Below are positions 35,564 to 49,320 of a stretch of DNA of 53,334 bases, piece after piece. Below the pieces are notes generated by a model. That model made no database searches and was not told the DNA's origin. It worked only from the letters and a program-made list of their open reading frames with translations. The stretch comes from Dimargaris cristalligena (taxonomy: Eukaryota), in assembly GCA_003614675.1 (NCBI GenBank), contig ML002267.1:1-53334 (forward strand), given 5' to 3'. Positions within the stretch are counted from its first letter, which is position 1. Each line of letters opens with the position of its first letter. A program made the position numbers and the translations under genes.

Positions 35564-36603
35564 TCAATGGGCTTGATCTGGGGGCTCCGAAGCCAGATGG
35601 CGGAGATTTCGCTGATAGCTGAGACCATCACTGGCTGTAGCGAGTTGGTTGATACGCCGCTGTTCACTGCGACTGACTATCCGCTCAATGACCTCACCGG
35701 TCCCCTTAATCAATCTAATCGGCCGCCCCGTCCCCACAAAACAGGCCATACAAAGAAAAGGGTAACCCAAGGAATAACAATAATATATAGGTTATTTACG
35801 AGCAGGGATTCCAGGAGTTAGAAATAGCCATCAGCGACCTCACTTGCATCCAACACACACGTACACACCTTCCTCCTCCTTAAGAATAGCCAGGGGTATG
35901 CGGCAACAAGGCAGCTTGCGCCAAAACAAAACCAATAACCCGTTCTTCACCTGTGGAATAATATAACCCCCCCCCCCAACCTAGAGGGGCAAGGGGGAGG
36001 AGATCTGAGACGGTGTCAATAAAATAGCACTTACCTTAATCGACCCGTATCGGGGTCTACCACTTCCCGAACAATGGACTGCTGTTTATCGTACTCTGCT
36101 TTGGACATGGGAACCATAGGGGCCACTCGACGGCGAACGGGGGGGCTCACCACTTCAGCCGGCCTGGGGTGGGCCAAGCTAATACTTGGAACCAACGGCC
36201 CAACCGGTGCAGCGGGGAGAGAGGAGATGGGCTCTAGTAGGATTACCTCAGGCGCATGATTCGGGGGGTTACTAGTAGGATCCAAAGGGTCGATGATTGG
36301 CTCCGCTTGAGCCGATCGTTGTTGGGCCGATGAGCCTGAAGAGGTGGCAGCGTGCCGGTGTCTATGCGATCGCGAATGGGAATGCGGGTTGTCAGGTGAA
36401 CGGGAAGTTCCCGCTGAGCGTCGATGGCGCACTCGGTCAGAGCCGTGTCGTTGGCGGGAACGGGAACCTGATCGTGAACGCGAACTCGGTGAACGTCGAC
36501 GGTCACTTCGGTGCGACCGCTGACTCCGCTGCTTAGAAGTACGTGGGCGTTCCGGGGAACGACTACGGCGCCGCTGGCGCTGGCATCGCGATTCGGTTGC
36601 CAT
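35564..36603 (-). CDS. ARL6IP4: SR-25/ARL6IP4-like Arg/Ser-rich nuclear protein; exons 36603-36035 and 35714-35564, 239 aa
   Basis: RS-rich N-terminus. A GTAAGT...TTAG intron joins PMSKAEYDKQQSIVREVVDPDTGRLR to LIKGTGEVIERIVSRSEQRRINQLAT, the conserved SR-25 C-terminal signature. Confidence 0.88.
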
Positions 36604-37519
36604 TAACGGTTACCCATGCGCATTACAGGGTCAATTGCGGGTTAGATTTGTTTGAGGAAGTTGTTTGGAGAAATCACGGGTAAACATCGCAAGGGTTATA
36701 TATATATGGGAATCGGTTCGATGTACCGCACACTCCGTCATAATGGCGAACTCCCCCACTCACCCAATCCCAATAAGTGTGCGTCAACTAACCAGGTCTT
36801 TCCCGTTCACTTAATATAATAAACTATAGCCAGCTAGTGGGGGATTTATTGATTGGTAGAAAAAAATATAATAAGAATACTATAGCCCAGCCAGATTGTG
36901 ACAAGGGCTGGCGCGGTTGGAAGGGCGGGTTGGCCTCTTACTGTACAGGAAAAAACACCGCTCGGAGTGGCGGTTTCTTAAAAGACGGGGAGCTATAGTT
37001 TGGGTTAATATTAACGCGAAAGCGACGTAAGCAAGGAAATAAAGGCAAAGCACGGAGATATAGAAATACGGATAGATGAGAGAGGGGGGTGAGGATACAT
37101 ATCGATAGTCAAGAGTGTGCACAAAGGCATATGTATAGAATATATAAGATAAAATTCAACAGTTTAAAAATAAATATGTAAATGTAAATGATTCATGATG
37201 TAGAAAAAGCGGAATTAAAATAACTGAATGCGTCAAATAAACTACTGGCGGCGGAGAAGTCAACCCTCCAATACGTAAAAGGCATATCCACCGAACCGGC
37301 AGTGAGGTGAGTGAATATAAACATTGTACAAGTATAACAGAAAACGAAACACAATACTGAAACATGCTAATGAAGCGTAAAAACCCGGAGGTGGGAAGCA
37401 AAACAACAGCGAATGATCGTTGAGTTGGGTTGGGGAAATGGTGAGGTGGTGGTGACAATGCAAGTGGATGAAGCGGGGGAGGTACAGAGAGTGGTAAAAC
37501 ACGCCCCAGAGTGTGTGGT

Positions 37520-39190
37520 CTACTCTCCCTTTTGGGACGGTGACGACTTGGCACTGGAGGCCGCCTTGTGGACCAGCTCGGGGTGGTTGGCGGTCATCCA
37601 CTGCTGTACAAAAACGGAGGCCTTCATGAACTTGCGGTCGGCGTACTTCTCGTAAATGGTGCTGTGCGACTTGGGGTTGGCCAAGTTCTGGAGCAGAAGC
37701 TGCGTCACTTCGGCCAACATGGATTCGGTGTAGCCGGAGTAAAAGACATGGGCATCGGTCCACTCGCCCTTGTTGAGCATCTGCCGGGCGAGGAAATGGC
37801 CAGCGGCCGCCGTGTGCGAGGTCACAAACGGGAGGAACTGTTCGTCCATGATGGTCACTTCGATGAGGTACTTGGCCAGGGTCCGGGTCTGAATATCGTA
37901 GTCGTCGGCCTTGGAGATGCGGCGGAGGAAACTCATGGGCCCGGGGAAACCGAGGTCGAAGTTGAGGAGGCTAAGCATGAAGCGCTCGGCCTTCATGACT
38001 TCCTCGATGGTGTAGGCGTTGTCAACCATGTAGACGAAGTCGTTGATGGAAGGGACTTGGATTTCCTCGAATTTGGCGGCGATGAGCAGGGCCACGACCC
38101 CGACCAGCTGCAGTTTTTCGAGGGAGATGACCTTGAGACTAAGGAATCGATCAATGTAGTTGACGCACAAAAAGAGGGTTTCGGGGAGCAGGCGGAAGCG
38201 CAGGTGGACCTGGACGAGCCAATCAATGAGAATACCGCGCATCTTCCACTCGAGCTCGGACTGGGTGTCCATATAGTTGGCCAGAGGCTTCATCCGGATT
38301 TCCATCTTACGCATGTAGGTGAAAATCTCGGTAGTGTATTCGGGGACCATGGTGGTATCGAGCAGGTCGATCTCCTCTTCGAAATTGGCGAGGATATATT
38401 CGAGGGAGGTCGGGTCGAGTTCGGCTACTTCGGGGGTCTTCAGTTCGCCAACCTCGACAGGCTCCTTAACGGAGCTAGTGATGGTGATGTCCGATTCGCA
38501 GTCGGAAGTATCTTCGACGACCTCGCCATCCAGGTCCATATCGGTGTCCACGGACGGAGCCTCATCACGCAGCGTTGATTGGCTGTCGAGGCGTTCCAAA
38601 GGTTGGGGGCCGGGCAGTTTAGACTTGAACGAGCCGTCTTGGGTGGTTGTAGTAGCGGTGGTGGTGGTGGATGAGGCCGCCCGGGGTTTGGCACCGGGAA
38701 GCGACTGTGATGAGGCCTTGTTACGAAGCGTTGGGCGAGTAGTGGGCACGGAAGTGCCTAGACGGGAAGTGGAGGCCCGGGTCTTGAGCGTACCCACGGC
38801 GGTGGCTTTGGCAGTGGCCCGGGTAGCGGTGGAACGCAACCGGTTGGCGACGGGCCCAGTGGTGGTCGTGACCGGTCGGGCGGGTTTGCCGATGGCCGAG
38901 TTCTCGGTGGCCTGGTTAATCAGGTTACCCAGGGCGTTCCGCTTGGCGTTGGCGACCTTAGGGCCAAGGGCGGTGGTGGTAGTCTTGGTGGCGAGTTTGC
39001 TCTTGAGGGCGCCGGCCCGGGTGGCCTCCTTGATCAGCTTGCCAGTGGCCGTGGTGTTGGTGTTGCTGTTGCTGCCCTTGGCTAAACCAACGGCCGTGTC
39101 CTTGGCGGAACGGCTCACCAGGCTATTTTCGTCGCCTAGGGGCTTCCGGGTGGCCAGACGGCTGCGGGGGTGCTGGGAGTTCTGAAACAT
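37520..39190 (-). CDS. G2/M B-type cyclin, 556 aa
   Basis: Destruction box RNALGNLIN; cyclin box MRGILIDWLVQVH...LLPETLFL...LQLVG...IAAKFEE; FLRRISKAD. Confidence 0.95.
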   Translation of the reverse strand: MFQNSQHPRSRLATRKPLGDENSLVSRSAKDTAVGLAKGSNSNTNTTATGKLIKEATRAGALKSKLATKTTTTALGPKVANAKRNALGNLINQATENSAIGKPARPVTTTTGPVANRLRSTATRATAKATAVGTLKTRASTSRLGTSVPTTRPTLRNKASSQSLPGAKPRAASSTTTTATTTTQDGSFKSKLPGPQPLERLDSQSTLRDEAPSVDTDMDLDGEVVEDTSDCESDITITSSVKEPVEVGELKTPEVAELDPTSLEYILANFEEEIDLLDTTMVPEYTTEIFTYMRKMEIRMKPLANYMDTQSELEWKMRGILIDWLVQVHLRFRLLPETLFLCVNYIDRFLSLKVISLEKLQLVGVVALLIAAKFEEIQVPSINDFVYMVDNAYTIEEVMKAERFMLSLLNFDLGFPGPMSFLRRISKADDYDIQTRTLAKYLIEVTIMDEQFLPFVTSHTAAAGHFLARQMLNKGEWTDAHVFYSGYTESMLAEVTQLLLQNLANPKSHSTIYEKYADRKFMKASVFVQQWMTANHPELVHKAASSAKSSPSQKGE

Positions 39191-39588
39191 GTTTACAGTA
39201 TGTGTGTGTTCAGGGGTTTGCGAGGAGGAGGTGGAGTAAAAATAGACTAGCTTGCCTGGGGGTTCCGTGGTCGACTATAAGGTTGTGAGGTTATTAACTG
39301 AGACGAAAGGTGGCCAACCAGGGCTGGGTTGGCTTGGACACTGAGGCGAGTATCAATCAAATGTATAGCAGAGTGCTGCGATGGTATGTAAAGAGTGATG
39401 TCCGTTAATAAACCGAATTAAACGTAAGGGAAAGAGAGAGAGAAACTAAGAGAAGGGATGTAGGCAGGTCAAGATAAAGGAAAGGAAGGCGAGAAAAAGA
39501 AGAAAAGCAAAGACGCCAAGTGTAGCGATGGAAGGACGAACGGGGGTGGGTTGGGTGATACGAGCTGTATACATGTAAGGTTGGGGAA

Positions 39589-39901
39589 TGTTTACACTCC
39601 TTCGGGGGGCGGCGAGTTGCACGACTTATAAACCAACCAACCCTAACTACGCAGCCAATCACCGCCCCATTTCTCTTAGCCAAACCAAAACAAAAACAAC
39701 CTATTGCCCCACTCCACCCGCCCACAATCATCGCGCACTGTTCCCTATTTTTTTATTAGTAGTTCTAGCAAAAATATCCAGCAGACTAATAATTAGTTAT
39801 TCTGCATCCTAAACAGACAGGGCAGTGCTGCTCCAATCGGATGCCTTGTTGTCACTTGTGATGTTTTTGTTTACATGTACCAGCCAGACTCCTCTGATTG
39901 G
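39589..39901 (-). promoter_or_regulatory. Candidate cyclin B promoter with forkhead sites, CCAAT boxes and GC boxes
   Basis: TGTTTAC at 39589 and 39868; CCAAT at 39655 and 39833, ATTGG at 39897; CCGCCC near 39662 and 39718. Confidence 0.45.
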
Positions 39902-42900
39902 TGCAAAACGTTTTGCGGATAACGTGACTTTTAAGCTTCCTATAGACCCATAGAGATTGCCTCATTCCACGCTCCTCTTTATTATTTACTCCTCAGTCTT
40001 ATCTTTCGCTCCCCTGACTCCTCACGAAGGGGAGGCTGATCCGCCAAAGAAAATGCAGCTAGTTGCATTGGCGCTCCCACATCACGTTGCTTCCGTTCTC
40101 ATTTCCCTCCCCCTCCACTCCACTCCACTGTTACTAACTAGCCTACCCAGTCCGGCAAGTTAAGCGCGTCCGTCGGCTGGCTGGAGGTTACACCTGCCCT
40201 CCGCCTGCGCATGTCGAGGGGGATAAGCTCTAGTCTACCATTGCCCTTGACTCCATCCCCCACGCTATGGCCTCTCCCACATATACCACTGCCCTCTCCT
40301 CAGTCGCTCGGTCTTGCTTTGTGTCGCTTGACCAGCAACTGCATCACCGTACAGTGCGGGTCGCCACTGATTACCCGCCGCTTCACTTTTCACACTCCCG
40401 GTGGAAGTCCTTGGGGGCCTATCCTGCCGATTGTTCAATGAGGCGATGACCTCTCCTCACTTGGTGGATACTAGGATTTAGGCGGGTTGAACAGCAGAGT
40501 TACCCAATCCGCTGGGCGGGGGAGGAGGAGTAAGTGTATTCCGCCGAGGGGAAAGCTGCTCAGTTCCGTTCCCAACCCCCTCCCCCCCAAAGTTTGCCAA
40601 TATTAGCCGGGTTAGCTTTATGGTCTACAGGGCCCAGTCAAATGACAAGTACATCCCTTATTGGCTGATCATCCACCCCCCCCCCCCAAATCCACAGGCC
40701 CTGTCAACTGGGCCCAGCTGGTAATTAAAGGTGCCCCGAGCTGAAGGAGGGGAGCGCATGGCTGCAATAACTTGCTCCAGTCCAGGCCATTTGCCGCGTT
40801 TTACCAAGGAGAGGAACACGGGTGTACGCGCGCCGCTTTAGCAGAATCAACCTCCTTTTAATGGCCGGGGTGGAGCCATCATAGGATTTGATCTCTTTTT
40901 TACCCAGCCAACGCAATACCACTGATTAGGTAGGCGGGATTGGACCAAGGGTGGCCACCACTAAACGATTGCTTTTTTGGACTGATGAGATAGCCCGCAC
41001 TCGGCGACTGATTTATTGATCCCCCTACCGCAAGGCGGACTGATAAATGTCGAGGTCACATAGAGCATGCTGGCGATTCAAGCAACACTCCCTCTCGCCA
41101 GTTCCATTTCTCAGATTTGGTTCCTCTGGTCGGCGAGGGGGGGGGGGGTGTACCAGCTATGCCATAGTCAAGGTATTCCATAAAAATCAATCATCTTATT
41201 TCGATGCAGGAGAAAGCAGATGGCAATTTAAGCACCATGCGTATAGGGAGGCTATACCATTTCCCCCAATTGGGGCGACGTGTCACAATTAGGTAGATGT
41301 CCTTATTAGCCAACAGTACTTGCGTGTCGATCAAAGGAGCCTCAATGACCTAACTCTTCCTAAATCTCCAATCCATTCTCCCAGGTAGACCACTAAAAGG
41401 ACTAGAATCGTTCAAGAATAAACGCTAACAAATCAAAACAAACCCTGTGAAGTTGCTTGGTGAAGCTCTCCTCCCCCATCGCGCTCTCTCTCTCTCTCTC
41501 TTATCTCCCCCCTTCCCCACGTATATTGTTCACCCTGAGACCCTTTCTCTATAATAGTTTTCAGGGTCGTGTGGCCAATATCCGATACCCTCCCCACCCG
41601 TAGGTCTTTAAAATACAAACCCCATGGCTTTAGTGTCTATAATATTAAAGTACCAGGGTCAATACTCCCATCTAATAACTAAACGGAAGACACCGCTCCC
41701 ATTGAATAGCTGGAGTTCAGTATAGGGATCAGTAAATGGCGATTGGTATACATGTGTTGAGTTTACAGATACCAACCACTAAGGGAGAGAGAGCCCCTTA
41801 TTCTATCCACTCATCAGCCCCTACCAACAATATAACAGCTTCACAAATCGCCCCCTCCCCTTTATATTTCTTATCCAGGTACTTGGAGGAAATCCCAGGG
41901 TAAGAAACGGCTGTTGTTCGTTAGTCAATTCAAAACATGGCCTACAGAATGCGTGGTTTCTTTTGCAAATGATTCCACTTGTCAAGAAATAGATTCGCGA
42001 ATTTCCCCTGGCTCACCTTTATTTACTATGTTTTGGTCACGTTATCCCCCATTCCCCCCTCATTATTTCATTGGGTTTCTGCGTAGTTGAAGATGTACTG
42101 TTTTAAAGGGGCCTTGAATGTAACCCCCCTCGTTTTCCCCTTTCGGCTTCTTCTACTAATAGCCTGAGTCATCGCCGAAACTGGCCCCCTCCTAGGTCAA
42201 TTAGAACTAGACCTCACTAACTCATCTGGCCCTACGGTGATGCATTAGAGTCCCGAATTAACCATACTCGGTAAGACCGTTGGTACTAGCGGGCATCATT
42301 AACAGTGTTGCACATCGGACAACGGGCTAACCAAGCTCCTTGGTCTCAGTGTGACGCTATTTAGAAGACCGGCTGAAATGTCCCCGAATAAAATAAACAA
42401 ATGGAACATAGTCATTACCCAAGTAAAAGGGTAATGCAAGCCACACATGGGCTCTTCCAGCCTAAAAATTAACAGTATGCCAAATGCCAATAGCAGGCGG
42501 CTTCCGGAAGTCCTCTCTGTTTGTATAAATTAGTTAATCGCGTAAAGTTGTAACGTGCGCCAGTACATAGTATAGTAGCTTTTTTTGAAGATGATAACAG
42601 GCCGGAAAATTAACAGCGATGACCATAGATTTCCAAATATATCATTTGGGATCACGGCCATTAAAGGCTCTTACTAAGAATGACCAAGCGAAGTACCTAA
42701 ACTATTAATACTCAATTTGCATGAACTACTCGAAAATCAATGTTTATACTATTCAATCGAATCAACCTTCTTAATATTGGGATTATTCATGTTAGTGATT
42801 GGTAAATCTAAACAAAGCCAATTGTAGGTGTACCTTGGGTTAATCTGGGTATATCCTTTCCACTTTGGCAATAGTAAGTTAATTATTCAAGGTATAATAG

Positions 42901-43329
42901 TGCTCATGATAATATGGCTAAACTACGTAATCGTAACACTCGATAAAATCGCTATCCCAGTAGAACTGCTTCCATTATGGAGAATAGCTCATCAGGCCGG
43001 GCTGTGCAGCATCCAATGATAGTATCCCAAGTAGACCATCTTGGGGGATACTGGGTTTTCCTTGGAAGTCAGCAGTTGGGCTATTATAGGCATACCTGCT
43101 AGGGAGGCGCATATGTCCTAGCGGGTCAGTAGAATTGGCAATGTTTTTGTATTTAGTACAGCAAAGTGAATCTGTAGGTCTTCAGATGAGGGGGGGGGGT
43201 TAAAAAAATAGAAAGACAAAAAGTCCCTTACGGTAAATAGTTACCAAAATCTCACCATAATCTACTCGCTGTTCACCTAAGTGAAGTTCCATGGCCATTG
43301 TAATTCTACTTTTATTGGGGATGGGTAAA

Positions 43330-43943
43330 TAGTAGGTACCTTATATCAACGTTGCAGAGTCCTTGTTGAATGTCCGAATAGTTGGCGAGTATAGTCAAGT
43401 GCCATTATTCATTTAGCTGCAACCCCCAGGTCATCAATGTGGTACAGGTGGTTGCATCGAGAGAAGCAATCGAGTGATCCGATGCGTTCTTGGTATGGAC
43501 TCTAGCAACTAGGTCCCTCGCGGCCACAGGCCTCCGCATTTGTGGATATCTTGAGATTTTTTATACTGCCGGCTATACCCGTTGACTTTAATCACTAAGA
43601 ACTATCCCAAAACGGGCTAGCTATAGCGAAGTAGATTAGGTTTGGTATGTATACACGCACCGTCAATAATTAGTCGCCACTGGGCTAGGCCCCCCGATCT
43701 CGCTCCACAACTCGTTATTAAAACCAGACGCGTTTCACTACAAGTATCCGCCAGAGTCAACCTATTCCAACTGATATAATGGATGGTATGTCTTTCGTAA
43801 TCGGTGGACCTTTGCTGGAATGGGGGTGGCCTATAGCACCGTTAGCCAAGGTCGATACTATTGGATTCGTCGGTCCTCAGGGCTACTTTGCTGTAGAAGA
43901 AGATATGATCTGTGTAAGTTGAGAGGAAATATAGTGATTTCAT
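43330..43943 (-). pseudogene. Possible decayed gene with a RING-H2-like remnant
   Basis: A minus frame near 43400-43520 reads GPSC*SPYQERIGSLDCFSRCNHLYHIDDL. An upstream MKSLYFL start lies at 43943. Several stops interrupt it. Confidence 0.25.
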
Positions 43944-45528
43944 GGTGATTATAAATTACCAACACTGACAGGGGTATGCAGGCTGCGGGAAACGACGTGT
44001 AAATATTAATGTTACTATATATTTTCTTGGGGGCCAATTGCGTGTAAGATAGTCTACGTGTTCCTCTAAAATACAATATCCGAGTAGCCATATATAGTAC
44101 CTATAACTCCATGAATAAAGGCTATGGGGACGCGCACAGGGCATGGTTACAGTAAGTCGAGCGAAACCGAGTCCATTTCATATTCCACCAATCCCTAGGA
44201 GGCCTGTTAAAGCGGGTGGCTTACGTTTCCATTTGCCTTAACATATTAGTTATTAACACTGCCAAACCAGCTCCGTTAGCGACAGCTACTTTATTGAGTC
44301 AGACCGGAGCAGTCTCTATGGTCCTGTTGTTTAACGAACTAATGCTGCAATTCTAACCAATAATGTTAGAAGCTCCGTGTAAAATATATATTTTAGGAGT
44401 AGTGCCCTAGTATGCATAAAGGCCACAGCCGAGGCCACCTCTCACCACTGATGGTGTATCTGAGCGACGCCCCTCTATTTACCATTTCTAGCCAAGGAGG
44501 CGGAGTTGGAAGTAGGGGGAGAGTGGTATATTTATTTGAATATACGATAGAATCCGCTCCCCGTTGGCTAAAGGCACAATACCCCAATACCAGTGTAACC
44601 GGCAATTAGTTTAGGAAGGCTCTGCACATGAAGGAGAACAGTCAAGGTTCCCTTGTCTCGCCAGTTCCAGTCCCTGCAATTGTTGATGTTAGAACTGTGC
44701 AATCCCTGATGTATTCCATTTTTCATCATATCCGACAGAAGGTGTGGTCTATCGGAGCGATATTTAAAAATAGTCCCTCGGCACTAGTGCTAATAATCCA
44801 GTTTCCCCTCAATTTTTCGCTTTGATTAGGGGGTTGATGTTTCACAATGTGTAATGTTAGGACCTATATAGGCTCGGCTCTGCTAGGTTGACTCCCTCAT
44901 CTCGTACTGGCCATCGTCAATTTAGCCCGGTCAGTTGAGACTATAGAGATGTTTACGTCACTGGACTATTCATTGTTTGACACTGATAATATTTTAACGG
45001 GCGGTTTCAACCCGGCCATCTAGCCCGGTCTATTTATACTTTTTGGCAGGTCATATCTAAAGGCCACCTACCGGATTCCTCTAAGGCCAACATATAGCAT
45101 AGCACCAGTGCTCATTTATTAGTTTAAGGTCAGGTAGTCCCTGTCCTGGGTTACTTCAAATCGAGGTATTTTCGGACCTTTATCAACTACACAGGTGTTG
45201 AATACATTGCGCCTTAGCCCCTATATATCTAACCACGTATTGCTGTTTTACGCGCATCTTTACCACCAGACAATTATCCTGGCCTCTCTTAGTTTACCCA
45301 ATAACTTTTCATTAATAACTAAGCTCATGTAGCCGACTATAAACAAAATAATCGATAATAGTCTCATCGGTTGAGAACTTGTTTACTATGAAAAAATAAT
45401 AATCCGTTATTAAAAGTATCGGGGGGGGGGAGGTTTATAATCAACTTTCACAATCAGGTTCTTTGGTAGCCTGTTGTAAGAGATGTCGCATGCCATCAGG
45501 TGTGCGTTGGCCCAATTCAGAGTAGATT

Positions 45529-46997
45529 TTACAAGGGGTCAAATCGTTGCTCGCTGACAATCCGGTCACTCAACCAGTGGGGAACGGTCATTTCCACCGA
45601 CTGAAGCAGGTCATCCACAATATCCTGCGAAATCCAGGCGTCGTGTGGGGCTATGGTGCCTGTACTATAAAGTTGGTACTCGGCGGTCGATCGGCGGACT
45701 CGAATGGCCAATGCGGGGGAACCGTCGTCGAAATGCCGGTACGGGTAAATGTGTTTCTGAGCGGTGAGGTGGTTCAAGAATAAGTCTTTAGATAGGCCGG
45801 TTAAGGACCTTCCCGGGGGCAGCAATGCAAAGGCTCTATCGAACCCCAGTAGCTTGGCTACCCCTCGGCTAATGCGGCGAGACCCAGCGCGCGGAATGGC
45901 CCACTCGCTGAATTGCGAACCGCCGTATTCCAGAACCAGTTGGGCAATGAGCATTCGGATGTCCGTGGCCCAGTGCTGGAGGGAACCCTCTTCCCACAAA
46001 GGCGAGATATCCATTTTCTGCAGGACGGTAAACTGACCCCCAATGGCCAGAGCGGTAATGACGCTAACCAACAGTTGGTCAATGAGAGTGGTACTGGAGG
46101 TAGCTAGTTCCTCGACTATGGAACGGGTGGAGTCGTCCTGCTCATTAGGGGTTTCATTAAGCTTCTGGGCCTGGTCTTTTATACCAGAATAAAAACCAGC
46201 CAGCAGGCGTAGAATCTGATCGGCGGGTAAGTGCGACAGGGCGTGAACAAGCGGGAAAAGGGTACGCTGTTGGGTTGGGGCCAAGCGGGAGTAGTCCAAG
46301 TAGGCCCACTGCGACTGAATCGAGTGGAGTCTTCCCAGTTTGGCCAACGAGGTAAGATCAGACAAATAACCCCCGTGCTTAAAAATGGGGTACTGTTTGG
46401 GAAATGCCGATTTCTGCAGGTCCTCCATGGTTAAACTCCAATCGCGCATCAATAATGCGCTTTCCAGTTCAACGGAATGGGCAAGCTGAATCAATTCCCC
46501 GGTTTTCTGGTCACTTTGCAAAAGGCCGTTGACATGCTTCAAGTTTGAAGTGGTCATTGGTAGATTATGAAAGTCAGTGTACAAATGTTATTATAAATGA
46601 TCATGTCATTGCTAGGTGTGGAGTGTAGTTAGTTTCCGATCACATTGTAATGATTCAGGGTCTATACATATACATATATACAAGGTCCGATAATGACTGT
46701 ACTATAAAGTTATATTACCTGTTCAAACCGCTGCAATGCGGACTTGGTGACAATATCAGTCTGATCCTTATCGTCATTCGTGGAATTACTGGATAGAGTG
46801 TCGCTCACACGGTCCTCTACATATTCATGTCCAGTACCGGAAAGGAATCTCTCACTATCAAAGGCAACGTTGGGAGTTAAATTGAGATGGCTTGCGTGGA
46901 TGGAGGGAGCCAAAGTAGTGGTATTAGGACGCCCAATGGCAGAGTTGATTAATACGAGTCCGCAGAACGTAACCGAGACAACAGTCGACTTCATCAT
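45529..46997 (-). CDS. Orphan secreted protein with two exons (46997-46719, then about 46536-45529); splice acceptor uncertain, possibly a pseudogene
   Basis: Signal-peptide-like MMKSTVVSVTFCGLVLINSAIG, donor CAG|GTAATA at 46718, a 351-codon downstream ORF and TATATAAA near 47170. No domain recognised. Confidence 0.65.
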
Positions 46998-49320
46998 GTA
47001 CACCGAGTAGCTAAAAAGTGCTGGGAAGAAGGAAAAAGTCGAGTCAAATACCAATGATGATGCTGCGGAGCACACAGTTGAAATGAAGAGGGGTGGATAG
47101 TGAGCTAAGGAGTCTTCGGTGAAAAGTCGGTAATTCGGTTGGGGATAACTGTGGAGCGAGGCGGGGCATTTATATACAGATGGTGATCGGGAAGGCACCC
47201 CTCAATGTATCGGAATAATAGGTCTTTACGTCTGGTAGGGGTGAACCATCGTCTGGCTCAGATTTCTAAAAATGAGCAAGTAGACCACAGCGAGTTATGT
47301 GAACCAAAATAGTGCTCAGTTAGGTCGGTTCATTTTTTCTAAACTCAATTAAGAATCATAAATATATATTTAGAATACATCCCATTAAAGCAGACTGACT
47401 TTCGTTAAAGACACCCTTCCCCATTGGGATTACTGCCAATTAACACAAGTAGAGGTAACAAGGAGTAGGGTCATGGGGTGCCAGCAGTGGCGCGAGGAAC
47501 TGGTGGGACTGTGCAACCAACTACGAAAAAGCTATAACTAATCCTCCTGATGCTAGTGTTTTCGGTAGTTGTTAGCTCTCCGCATATGCCTATTACAGGT
47601 GCTAAGCCGGAGCTGGCACAGGACAGACTATCCTAATTTGTCAGTGTCGTACCTGAGAAATTTTCAGCAACCCCAAAAACTGTGGTAGAGATGGGAAATA
47701 GCCGGACCCCATGAAACGTCACCAGACCCGTTGTGCGGTGCGGTAAGCCAAAAGGGCAATGGGTTGTATTCCTCTATCTACTGTTATTTTTCACCTGGAG
47801 ACGAAATAGAAAAGACTTGTTCAGTTGGGATGGATGGCCTGTTCCCAAAGCCAGAGTCTCACAGACAGTCGGGACAGAGAATCGTTCTAGCCGAAAGACT
47901 ACCCACCGTCTTAGATGACCCCCGGTTGCTGGTTTCATACAATGCGTATACGAATTAAACAGCCACTGTCTAAATTTGGGTTTATAGACCCGTACGACTC
48001 CAACTACTCTCCTCCTCGCATTAGAGAAAGTAGCACTCCCATATATTCCTGTATTTACTATGGCCTGTATAGTAACCCGGCTATTTAATGTTGTATGGAG
48101 GGGTGTAGTTGGTGGCTGAAGTTGAAATATTGGTGGAGAGACCGGTCGGCTGGTTTGGGTAGATTTATGAATTCGCTGTCACAAGCACAGGTAATATATC
48201 CTCTGGTTCATTAGTCGCATACTAACAGTCAGAAATCGCTCTAATTAGGGGGGCTACTTATTAATAAAGCTTAGTGTCATTAAAAAATAAACATATGTAA
48301 CAGCAAATTCCACTCAGTGGCTGAATTGTGTAGGAGTAGCATTATTGTTATTATCCTCGTCGGATTTATATTGTAGACATCATTGTTTAGCTTAGAGTAG
48401 CATATGGGAGAAGTTCATTCAGGCTGTACAATGAAAAATCCATTAGATAAGGCCAATATTACTGGTTAAAAGCTATTCTCACATATATTCACCCATACAT
48501 GTATTACGTAAAACCTTAAACAGCTGGTTTGAATTTCACCCATATAATTGATAGTAGTAGCGCAGGTCATGGGTCATGAGTGAACCACCCTTACGATCAA
48601 GTTGTTTTTAGCGAATGCTACAGTAGAATGGGCAGTGGAAGGCGGGTCCAGAGATTCGACCAAGTAGAAGGTAAATGGTGACATTACTATGGTGGGGATT
48701 AAGGGTACAGCAGCTGTAATATAAAAGGTGGCCTAATGGGGTTCTGTAAGAAAATTGACTGTTATCAAATGACGGAATGGGAATGGGTACAGTGTCGGGG
48801 AGAGACTTGGGCTATTATAAAAAATCATATTGAATAATCGGGTATGGTTCATTGTCGGTCGGATAAGGCTGGAATTGAAGAAACGAGCAACATTTAGCGC
48901 AACTGTATCGGGTCTGGACCTTAACGACTCTGTGATAACAGGCCGTAAAAATGGGTTTACCCCGTATAGGAGCCTCAACTAACGAAAAGTTTGCTATATA
49001 GTTTGGACCGAACCTCTCTCATACTGTATGGATTGGTTATTCCAGTAGCATAAATATAATCGTCAAATGGGAAAGCTGCGGCATACTACCAACTTTTCTT
49101 GGGATCTACTTTTTTGTAGACAAAATAGCGTGACCATTGCTATTGAAGTTCGGCCCTGATCATTGAGCGGCTGGCACAATCCAGCTTTTTAGATACTCGA
49201 CCACCACAATTCACCATTACATGACTATGTCTTCGACCCGTTGGGGTATCCTAGCATTTCGCTGTTTCTTCTTGTTGCCACATTCCCTATAATCTACTTG
49301 GTCCCTATTCCTCCCAGGCC

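Noticed and set aside
37568-39185. 336-aa and 288-aa plus-strand ORFs
   Set aside because: Antisense shadows of the cyclin gene.
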